NCBI GenBank assembly: GCA_030390025.1
Contig: CM059432.1
Location: 153,700,001-153,764,000, forward strand
Direction of reading: 5' to 3'
DNA: 64,000 bases
Source of the DNA: Squalus acanthias
Lineage: Eukaryota
The translations under genes and the position numbers were made by a program. The notes under the pieces were generated by a model. The model worked only from the letters and a program-made list of their open reading frames with translations, searched no databases and was not told the origin of the DNA. Positions 1 through 10,488 of this stretch are shown piece after piece (within the stretch, counting starts at the first letter, position 1; the number at the start of each line of letters is the position of its first letter).

Positions 1-468
1 CCAGCCACATCTCCTTTCCCACGCCCAACCCTACTTCCTCTGTGTCCGCCCCAGAAAAAAAAACTCTCCTAATTCACTTACAACTGCACTTTCAAAATCC
101 CAACCGTCCAGCCTCTGGCCTTCCATTCACCATGACATTTCTGCAGCTACCGATCTGCTCAACCACACTCTCACCTCCACCTTTGATGCCCTAGTCTCCA
201 TTAAAACTATTACTCTCTCTCACCCTGGCCATTCCCCCTGGTACAGCCCTCATCTCTGCTTCCTTAAGTCCAAGGGACGCAGACTTCAACATATATAGCG
301 GACAATGGTTCAGCCATTCACCGCCAGATCTGGCTGGACCACATAAAGTACTATCAGGTCCTGCTCTCCTCTGCCAAAACTGCTCACTATTTTGTTTGAT
401 AACGCTCCTGTGAAGAGCCTTGGGATGTTTTCCTACGTTAAAGGCGCTATATAAATGCAAGTTGTTAT
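1..468 (+). mobile_element. L2-clade LINE fragment, internally deleted, with 3' tail
   Basis: C-rich L2-type coding remnant followed by tail ctcctgtgaag..ccttggga..ttaaaggcgctatataaatgcaagttgtt shared with the other L2 copies. Confidence 0.75.
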
Positions 469-801
469 GAAATAAAGGCAACCGAGGGATTTTGTAAAAA
501 AAAATAATGATGATGCTGATAGTGAGATGTACAGCCATTCAGTGAGCAATGTGTGCTTTCTGGGGGCGAGTGTTCAATAGTGGGGTAGAAGGCTTAATCA
601 AGGAAGAAAGTAAGGGAACTGTAATTGCTATACACATTGGTACAAATTATATAATGGATAGGAAATCTGTCCTCTTAAACAAAATTTACAGCAAATTTAA
701 GGATAAAGCAGCTAAGTCAGTGATCTCTAGATCGTTGCCAGTCATTGGAGGTTCCTCAGAAAGGAACAGCAAGGCCATTGGTTTTATTGATTGGAGACAT
801 G

Positions 802-1596
802 GGGCGCGATCTTGCCAGCCCTGGGGAGGCGGGTTTGGAGACAGGAATGCCGGGAAAATGGCAGAATTTGGGGGCGGGAGCCCAACCCGCCCCCATGCCA
901 TCTTGCCAGGAGGCGGGTAGCCATCCCGCACCGGGTCCCGTCTCCTTGGAGGCGGGAAGGGATTACATCCACTTAACTGCCTGTTAACAGGCAGAAAATA
1001 GGATTATCCCCTTTTTGCCCTCACAAGTGCGGGCTTCCCGAAGGCTCCGAAACCCACCAGGTCACCGAGGCGAGTAGGGGGTCTGCGGGGTCCAAAAGTG
1101 TGCTGTGGAGCTGAGTGATGGGTGCAAGTGTGGAGAGGTGAGTATCTGAGGTAAGTGCAAAGTGTTAGAAAAAGTTTACTTACCTTTGTTTCTTCCTGCA
1201 GGCTTCAGTCGGTGTGTATGCGGAGAGTCTCGGACCTCCGCAGTAGAGATGACAGATGGCCGTTGCGTTCTCCAATGCAACAACCATCTCATTTCTGCAA
1301 AAGAAAGCTGTTTTATGAGGTCTTGAATTCAAGACCTCATCAAACTACAGAGAATGTCAGTGTTTGACAGCTTCACAGAGCTGTCAAACGATGACAATTC
1401 ATCTGTCAAAAATTTTTGACAGATGAAACGTCATACGTTGATGTTCTCTGCAACCGGCTTTCCCTTAATTGGCGGTCTTAACAAGGTCAATCAAGGGAAA
1501 ATAGCATGGGTTGGTCAGAAGTTGATGGAGGCGGGACTGAAACCCGACAAGTGGGAGTCCCGCCTCCAAAAGCTCCCCATTGAGAAAATCACCCCC
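802..1596. mobile_element. PIF/Harbinger-type non-autonomous element (MITE family A)
   Basis: Imperfect TIRs gggcgcgatctt / aaaatcaccccc, 3-bp TSD ATG; internal hairpins shared with copies at 28878-30901 and 32285-33151. Confidence 0.8.
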
Positions 1597-2883
1597 ATGG
1601 AGTAATAACAAAAACCTTGTGCTTATAAATACCAGTTCCTGAGGAAGCTAAACTTTTCAGAAAGGATGGGGTTCATTTGAATCGGTTAGGGGATGACAGA
1701 CTAGACCAGAATGTAGGAAGTAGCCATGACTGGGGATATTATACTACAGAGTATGTGCAGTTCCATATGGACTAGGGAATGGAGGTGGTGGTAACAATTA
1801 ATGTGTTTCCATTATAGGGATCAAGGTAGCTTAGATGCCATACAAGGCATGCACAGAATTCTTTATAGTGCTTTTGTATTAATGCTAGAGGTACCAGAAG
1901 TAAAATGCTGAAATCACAGACAAATTGCTATCTCTAAAACCTGGTTGCATAATAGTGATGGATCAGAAGTTCAGTTGAAAGATGACATGGCATCCGGCAA
2001 AGATAGTTTAGATCACAGAGTGTAGCTTTATTTGTAAAAGTGAGCAAGAACATTGGTCAGTGGGAGGGAGTTGAAGTGGTTTGGGTGTAAATAAAGCATG
2101 AAGTTGGTCCAAGGTTGAGCCTTGGCATGTGTTCATAGACACCCAGGCAACAGGAAGAGCAGGGCAGGGAACCCTGTGAACAAATTAGAAGAGCAAAAGA
2201 ATAGTATGGTGTTGTAATCACAGATTCTAACTATCCATCCATTAAGTGGTCCAATGCAGAACAGCCAAGTGCAGAGATAAATAAAACTGGGTTATTTTTG
2301 ACATTGTTAATGATTGTTTCCTGATTCAATATTTTAGGGAGAGTACCAGAGAGGGAAGTCCTAAGAAGTGATCTAAAGATGATAAACAAACTCTATGGAA
2401 GTATCTGGGCAACTGTGATCATTGTATTGTTAGCTTTCAGTTGAAGAGGTGACCTAATATTGCTGATAAGTGTTTGTTTTTGAGACTGAAGGGAAGTGTA
2501 CAGTGGTGTCCCCCAGGGGTCAGTATTAGGACCACTGCTCTTTTAGATATATATTAATGACCTGGACTTGGGTATACAGGGCATAATTTCAAAGTTTGCA
2601 AATGACACAAAACTTGGAAATGTATTAAACAGTGAGGAGGACAGTAACAGACTTCAGGAGGACATAAACAGGCTGGTGAAATGGACAGACACATGGCAGA
2701 TGAAATTTAACAGAGGTGTGAAATGATGCATTTTGGTAGGAAGAATGAGGAGAGGCAATATAAACTAAATGGTACAATTTTAAAGAGGATGCAGAAACAG
2801 AGAGCCCTGGAACCTTTGAAGATGGCAGGACAAGTTGAGAAAGCTGTTAAAAAAGCATGCGGATCCTTGGCTTTATAAACAGA

Positions 2884-2949
2884 ATTGAGAGGTCGCACAA
2901 CACCAGGTTATAGTCCAACAGTTTTATTTTAAATCACAAGCTTTCGGAG
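2884..2949 (-). mobile_element. Penelope-like element 3' terminal fragment (second family)
   Basis: Minus strand reads ctccgaaagcttgtg..aaataaaactgttggactataacctggtgttgtg, recalled as a shark Penelope-type end; starts with a CGAAAGC hammerhead half-core. Confidence 0.55.
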
Positions 2950-3119
2950 GCATTTTACTTCTGGTACCTCTAGCATTAATACAAAAGCACTATAAAGAAT
3001 TCTGTGCATGCCTTGTATGGCATCTAAGCTACCTTGATCCCTATAATGGAAACACATTAATTGTTACCACCACCTCCATTCCCTAGTCCATATGGAACTG
3101 CACATACTCTGTAGTATAA
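2950..3119. repeat. Perfect 170-bp inverted copy of 1739-1908
   Basis: Base-by-base reverse complement match read directly from the sequence. Confidence 0.95.
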
Positions 3120-3170
3120 ACAGAGGCATAGAGAACAAAGGCAAGGAAGTTCTGCTAAACCTTTACACAT

Positions 3171-4662
3171 CCTTAGACTCTGGATCAGTTCCGAAGGAGT
3201 GGAGGGTGGCTAATGTAACCCCTCTTTTTAAAAAAGGAGGGAGGGAGAAAGCAGGGAATTATAGACCGGTCAGCCTGACATCGGTGGTGGGTAAAATGAT
3301 GGAATCAATTATTAAAGATGTCTTAACAGACCATTTGGAAAGTGGCGACATGATAGGTCCAAGTCAGCATGGATTTGTGATAGGGAAATCATGCTTGACA
3401 AATCTTCTGGAATTTTTTGAGGATGTTTCCAATAGGGTGGACGGGGGGGAACCAGTAGATGTGGTATATTTGGACTTTCAGAAGACCTTCGACAAGGTCC
3501 CACACAAGAGATTGATGTGCAAAGTTAAAGCACATGGGATTGGGGGTAATGTGTTGACGTGGATTGAGAACTGGTTGGCACACAGGAAACAAAGAGTAGG
3601 AGTAAATGGGTACTTTTCAGAATGGCAGGCAGTGACCAGCGGGGTACTGCAGGGTTCGGTGCTGGGGCCCCAGCTGTTTACATTATATATTAATGATTTG
3701 GATGAAGGGATTAATTGTAATATCTCCAAATTTGCAGATGACACTAAATTGGGAGGCAGTGTGAACAATGAGGAGGATGCTAGGAGGCTACAGAGTGACT
3801 TGGACAGGTTGGGTGAATGGGCAAATGTATGGCAGATGAAGTACAATGTGGATAAATGTGAGGTTATCCACTTTGGTGGTAAAAATAGGGAGGCAGACTA
3901 TTACCTGAATGGTGGCAGATTAGGGAAAGGGGAGGTGCAACGAGACCTGGGCGTCATGGTACATCAGTCACTGAAGGTGGGAAGCCAAGTGCAGCAGGCA
4001 GTCAAGAAAGCAAATGGCATGATGGCCTTCATAGCAAGGGGATTTGAGTACAGGAGTAGGGAGGTGATGCTACAGTTGTACAGGGCCTTGGTGAGGCCAC
4101 ACCTGGAGTATTGTGTGCAGTTTTGGTCTCCTAACTTGAGGAAGGACATTCTTGCTATTGAGGGAGTGCAACGAAGGTTCACTAGATTGATTCCTGGGAT
4201 GGCCAGACTGACATATCAAGAAAGACTGGATCAACTGAACTTGTATCCTCTGGAGTTCAGAAGAATGAGGGGGGATCTTATAGAGACGTTTAAAATCCTG
4301 ACTGGTTTAGACAAATTAGATGCGGGCAGAATGTTTCCAATGTTAGGGAAAACTAAAACCAGGGGTCACAGTCTAAGGATAAAGGGGAAGCCATTTAAGA
4401 CTGAGATGAGGAGGAACTTCTTCACCCAGAGAGTGGTGAATCTGTGGAATTCTCTACCACAGAAGGTTGTTGAGGCCAGTTCGCTAAATATATTCAAAAG
4501 GGAGTTAGATATAATACTCACAGCTAGGGGGATCAAGGGGTATGGCGAGAAAGCAGGAATGGGGTACTGAGGTAGCATGTTCAGCCATGAACGAACGCAT
4601 TGAATGGCGGTGCAGGCTCGAAGGACCGAATGGTCTACTCCTGCACCTATTTTCTATGTTTC
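3171..4662 (+). mobile_element. Young 5'-truncated CR1 LINE with open RT frame
   Basis: Uninterrupted frame with NYRPVSLTS, QHGF, YLDFQK.FDKVPH, SKFADD, LWNSLP; 3' UTR ends in ttctatgtttctat. Confidence 0.95.
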
Positions 4663-5197
4663 TATCACTGGTTAGGCCCCAGCTGGAGTATTGTGTTCAA
4701 TTCTGGGCAACAGACTTTAGGAAAAATGTCAAGGCCTTAGAGGGTGCAGAGGAGATTTACTAGATGGTACCAGGGTTGCAGGACTTCAGTTACATGGATA
4801 GACTGGAGAAGCTGGGCTTGTTCTCCTTAGAGCAGAGAAGGTTAAGGAGAGATTTAATAGAGGTGTTCAAAATCATGAAGAGAATTGACAGAGTAAATCA
4901 GGAGAAACTCTTTCCAGTGACAGAAGGGTCAGTAACCAGAGGTTACAGATTGAAGGTAATTGGCAAAATAACCAGAGGTGAGATGAGCAGAATTTTTTTT
5001 ACACAGCGAGTTGTTGTGATCTGGAATGCACTGCCTGAAAGGGTGGTAAAGCAGATTCAGTAATAACTTTCAAAAGGGAATTGGATAAATTATTGAAGGG
5101 GAAAAATTGCAGGGCAGGGGAGTGGGACTAATTTGATAGCTCTTTCATGATGGGCCGAATGGCTTTTTTTTGTACTATATCATTCTATGATTCTATA

Positions 5198-7350
5198 ACC
5201 TATCAATTGGAGATCGCTAAAATCCTGCCAGTGCCACTGTGGGCCGGAGTTAACATCCGCCGAAATTGATGGCGCTGGCTGGACTGGTAAATTGGCGCTG
5301 GTTGCTAATTAATATTAGCCCAGCACTAAACTTATTGTGCAAAGCCGTTTTCGTAGCGTTAGTCCCGACAGGAGGCCCAATGTAGTGTGGCCGCAGCGTC
5401 AGTGCAGCAAGAACAGCCTTCTCTTAAAGCAAGGTTGTCATTTCATAAAGCAGTTCGGTCCCTTAAAGGGGAATTGCCTTCTAAAATTAAAAAAATAAAA
5501 TCATTTAAAAATGAGCAGTTTTTAGCCCTTACAGCTCAACTGCCTTCTGAAAAAAAAATTAACATTTAAAAAGAATTCCCAAATGGATGTCTTCAGCTCT
5601 TAAAGCTGAATTGCCTTCCACACCTAACAAAAAAGGAAAGTGCTTCAGCACCAACACAAATGGCTCAGCAAGCCAGGGAAGGGGCAGCCAGGGTCTCGCG
5701 CGCAGCACTCCAGCTTTGTGCAGGGGGTCAACACTAAGAGAGAGGTCCTCTACCCACAGGGGCCAGGAGGCCCTCCAGAAAGAACGACATGGGACCAGAT
5801 CACCGAGGCCGGTACTGCCAGCAGTGTTGTCCCCACCAGCAAGCTCCAGTGCCCAAAGAAGTTTCATGACCTCAGACCAGTGGTCAAGGTCAGTGAATGC
5901 ATCTTCAAAAGCTGTCTCCTACCAACTGCACCACTAGCCTCACACACTTCTCAATGCACAACTCCTTCACCCCACCCCCCTAATCACTCACCTACCAACA
6001 ATCTGCACCAAACACAAGGCACACCTCCCATTCCTAGCTTCACCTCACCCCCTTGGAGGAGACAGTGCTGGCCATTCTTGGCAGGTGCATGGCTGAGCCC
6101 TTGGCCAGCAGCAGGGCTGAAAGGATACAAGATGCTGGTATCCTCATATGTTATCCTCCTTCTCACATGAATCTCTTGCTTTCGTGCCCTCCCCTCACCA
6201 CAACTGCACCCTTGTGTCTTCCTTATTTCACACACCCAAGAAATCCAGCCTGCCCAGCCAGGTTGACCAAGAAGAGGGAATGGAGAATGAAGAAGCAGAA
6301 ACACCATCACTCGATTTCACACTCCCAGCCACCAGCTTATCGAGGTCGTCCTGCAAGACCATTTGCAGTGTCCCCCACTGAAAGTCAGCAGCCTTCCACC
6401 AGCCATGCTGCAGACACTGGGGTAGCACTGTGTGACATCAGTAGGACAGGCAAAGGCAAAGGCACATGCAAGACAGTCACTAAGGGAATGCATAAGGGTG
6501 ATGAGTTGATTTCTTGATGTCATATTTGATGGATAGATGTATAAAGTTGGATTGGAAAGTTTGCTTTGTGGTGGCTTTATTTCAGCATTGTGGCCAAGAG
6601 GATGCTGTGATGGTCAGTAACAGAGGGAAGGTAAGGTGTGGGACAAATGTTGAAAGGGAAATTAGGGTTATGGTCACTGGTACCGCAGGCGGATGATTCC
6701 ATCCCGGATATCCCGGCCAGAAAGGAGCTGTCTGGGTAGCATCCTTCCTTCTGCTTCTTCCTCTTCTGCATCTTCCTCTTCACTCTGTTATCGGATGCTG
6801 TTAATCTGAAATAAAAGCATAAAATGCTGGAAATACTCAGCAGGTCAGGCAGCATCTCGACCTGAGACATGAACTCTCTCTCTCTCTCTCTCTTCACAGA
6901 CGCTGCCTGACCTGCTGAGTATTTCCAGCATTTTCTGTCTTCTCAGAGGCCTTTCTTTACCATCCGAGGCCTTGCAAGCATCCAGAAGCACTCCCTGCAC
7001 ACTTTAAAAACTTTTAACATGTATTGCACCAAGCCACTACTTCCACAAAATATTAAAAATCCAGTCCAAAAGCTTAAATGCTAACTTACCTGAAAGATGT
7101 CCTTTAAGAAGTGCGGACAGCGTCTGTTAGTCTGCCGCACGCTCACTTTCAGAGCGAGCTTAGGATCCAGCGTTAAACTTAGTGCTAAGGTCCAAGTTCA
7201 CAGAGCGTGACGTTAAGTCGGCATGCGCATGCGCGAAGGCCCTCACAAAAATGGCAGCCGCCGCATCCCTCACCAGAGAAGGGCGTTACAGTGGTGGCTG
7301 CCATTTTTCCAACGGTAACTCGTGGCGGTAAGGTAGCGAATTTCTGGGCC
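5198..7350. mobile_element. Non-autonomous Harbinger deletion derivative, copy 1
   Basis: Collinear with 10489-12490; right end gaatttctgggcc followed by tat; minus strand keeps an acidic transposase-like C-terminal end plus AATAAA convergent with a plus-strand ORF end. Confidence 0.7.
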
Positions 7351-8921
7351 TATAATTTAATATTAGTACTAGGTTCAGTTATTTTTAAATCAATGCTGAA
7401 GGACAAGGAAACCTTGTATATCCCCAGATAAAAAGGAGGATTCAAGGAAAGTGAAGCCTAAATGGAGTAATAGGAATGTTCAAACAGAAATTAACCTTAA
7501 AGAAGGTACCTCACTATGTATAAAAGTTTAATTATCAGGAAAATAGGAACAAATGTAAAAAAGCAGAGAATAATTAAAGCCAGTGTTGGAAATGAGTTAC
7601 AAAAAGGATAGTGGACAATTGTTGGTACGGTTTTTCAGTTATGTTAAGAGTCAAGAGAACAATCAAGGACCGCATTGGTACTTTGAGGATTTGTCAGGGC
7701 TGGTTAGGTATGGCTGATGAGCTAAATAGATACTTTGCATCAACTTTCACTTCTGTAGATGATGTCATGGTCTCAGTATTACAGGCTAGGTATATAGTTA
7801 AAATTGCTTCATTAGAAGTAACTAAGAAAATGCTTTCAGCTAAAAGCAATGCACTTAAGGTTGATAGTGCTGCAAAGACTTGATCCAATTTACTTCAGAG
7901 CCTCAGAGAAATGGGGAAGTCACTGGCTCTTGTATTCAATAGCTCATTGCGGTTTGGGTTGGCTCCCAGGGATTGGAGGGTAGCTCATGTGGTTCCATTA
8001 TTTAGGAAAGAAAATAAATCAGACCCTGAAAATTACAGGCCTGTGAGTTTGGCTTTGTTAGTTGGGAAGTATGAAGGAAATGATGTACGACACTTGGCAA
8101 GTTCAGTGATTATTAGGAATACGTAGGATGGCTTTAAGAACTGTAGATCCTGTCTCACTAACCTGACTGAGATCTTTGAAGAAGTGACCAAAGAGTGGTT
8201 GAAGAAAGCCCATGTTGTATACCTTGACTTCCAAACAGCATTTGATAAAGTATATCGATGGCTGTTAAAAATAATTAGATGTCATAGGACAGTTATTATG
8301 TTGGGTAGCTAGTTAAAACCACATGAGCCAACGGTTATTATTAATGGGAGTGAATCTAACTGGACCCAGTTATGAGTGGAGTTCCACAAGGCTCTATACT
8401 AAGAGCAGTGCTGTTCATCATTTTCATTTAAAGATCTAGAAGAGGGCGTAAACAGAGCCATTCTGAAATTAACAGATGATACAAAAATTTGCGTGTTGGT
8501 CAGTAATTCAGACCAAATCAATAGGTTGTATACCAATTTAGATTGATAAGAACATACGAAATAGGAGCACAAGTAGGCCATACAGCCCATCGAGCCTGCA
8601 ATTATAAAGCTTGCTATACCTGCATGTTAACTTTCTGCGATTTATGTACACCAACCCCCAAATCTCTCTGAATACCAACATTTACTAGTCTTTCAACTTT
8701 TAAAAAATAAGATCATGGCTGAACTTCTACATTAACTCCACTTTCCTGCCTGATCCCCATATCCCTTGATTCCCTTAGTGCCCAAAAATCTAACAATCTC
8801 AGTCTTGAATATATTCATCGACTGAGTATTCACAGCCCTCTGGGGTAGAGAATTCCAAAGATTCACAATCCTCTGTGTGAAGAAATTTCTCCCCATCTCA
8901 GTCCTAAATGCCCAACCCCTT

Positions 8922-9050
8922 CTGACGAAAGGTCTTCGACCTGAAACGTTAACTCTGTTTCTCTCTCCACGGATGCTGCCTGGCCTGCTGAGTTTTTCCA
9001 GCGTTTTCTGTTGTTATTTCGGATTTCCAGCATCCGCAGTATTTTGCTAT
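8922..9050 (+). mobile_element. 129-bp Penelope 3'-end insertion with 6-bp TSD CCCCTT
   Basis: Reverse complement of 23085-23211; CCCCTT at 8916-8921 and 9051-9056; removal restores CR1 sequence aaccccttatcctgag. Confidence 0.88.
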
Positions 9051-10488
9051 CCCCTTATCCTGAGACTATGACATCTAGTTTGAGACTCTCCAGCCAGGGG
9101 AAATAACCTCTCAGCATCTACCCTGTCAAAGCATGTAAGAATTTTACACGTTTCAATTAGATCACTTCTCATTCTTCTAAACTCTAGAAATATGAGCCCA
9201 TTCTACTCAATCTCTCCTCATAGGGCAGCCCTCTCATCCCAGGAATCAATCTAATGAACCTCTGTTACAACCCCTCTCAGGCAAGTATATCATTCCTTAG
9301 GTAAGGAGACCAAAACTGTACACAGTACTCCAAGTGTGGTCTCAACAAAGTCCTTTATAATTGCAGTAAGACTTCCTTACTCTTGTACTCCAATCCCCTT
9401 GCAATAAAGGCTAACATACCATTTGCCTTCCTAATTGCATGTTAACTTTCTGTGATTTGTGTACAAGGACCCCCAAATCCCTCTGAATACCAACATTTAC
9501 TAGTCTTTCAACTTTTAAAAAATATTCTGCTTTTCCATTCTTCCTACCGAAGTGGATAATTTCACATTTCCCCACATTATACTCCATCTGCCACCTGCTT
9601 GCCCAATCACTTAAATGGTCTATATCACTTTGCAGCCCTTTGCGTTCTCCTTACAGCTTACTTTCCCACCTAGCTTTGTATCGTCAGTAAACTTGGGATA
9701 TATTACACTGGGTCACCTCATCTAAGTCATTGATATAGATTGTAAATAGCTGAGGCCCAAGCACTGATCCTTGCGGCACCCCACTAGTTACAGCCTACCA
9801 ACAGGAAAATGACCCGTTTATCCCCACTCTGTTTTCTGTCCGTTAACCAATCCTCAATCCACGCTAATATATTACCTCTAATCCCATGAGCCCTAATCTT
9901 GTGTAACAATCTTTTGTGTGGCACCTTATCGAATGCCTTCTGAAGATTCAAATATACTACATCCACTGGTCGTCCCTATTCTACCCTGCTAGTTACACCC
10001 TAAAAAAAACTCTTAATAGATTTGTGAAACACGATTTCCCTTTCATAAAACTGTGTTGACTCGGTGTGTTGAATCATATTTTGATTTTCAAGTGCCCTGT
10101 TACCACATCCTTAATAATAGATTCCACCATTTTCCCTTCTACTGATGTCAGGCTAAGTGTTATAGTTCCCTGTTTTCTCCCTCCCTCCTTTCTTGAATAG
10201 AGGGGTTATATTTGCTACCTTCCAATCCACTGGGACCGTTCTAGAATCTAGGGAATTCTGGAAGATCAAAACCAATGCATCCAGTATCTCTGCAGCCACC
10301 TCTTTTAAAACCCTAGGGTGTAAGCCATCAGGTACAGGGGATCTGTCCGCTTTTAGACCCATTAATTTCTCCAGTACTTTTTCTTTACTAATATTAATTA
10401 CTTTAAGCTCCTTACTTTCATTAGACCCTTGGTTCCCCACAATTTCCAGTATGTTCTTTGTGCATTCTACTGTGAAGGTAGACACAAA

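Larger units (their letters stand above)
2490..5197 (+). mobile_element. CR1 LINE 3' portion (pieces about 2490-2883, 3125-3170, 4665-5197) hosting two insertions
   Basis: RT/C-terminal remnants (LVRPQLEYCVQFWA, FFTQRVV.IWNALP) and (attctatg)n tail. Confidence 0.85.
540..8545 (+). mobile_element. Very old CR1 LINE broken into pieces (about 540-800, 1600-2460, 7351-8545) by younger insertions
   Basis: ORF1 esterase-like remnants (IHIGTN, VISxxLPV, DGVHLN), endonuclease remnants, then RT remnants (DWRVAHVVPLFRK..NYRPVSL) in collinear order. Confidence 0.65.

Noticed and set aside
3092..4570. 492-aa ORF as a domesticated RT gene
   Set aside because: Chimeric by accident: ATG comes from the inverted duplication, next codons from an older CR1, remainder from a young 5'-truncated CR1.
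5559..6523. Cluster of overlapping ORFs as a novel duplicated gene (also 10922-11768)
   Set aside because: Frames are broken differently in the two copies; they lie within a transposon derivative.
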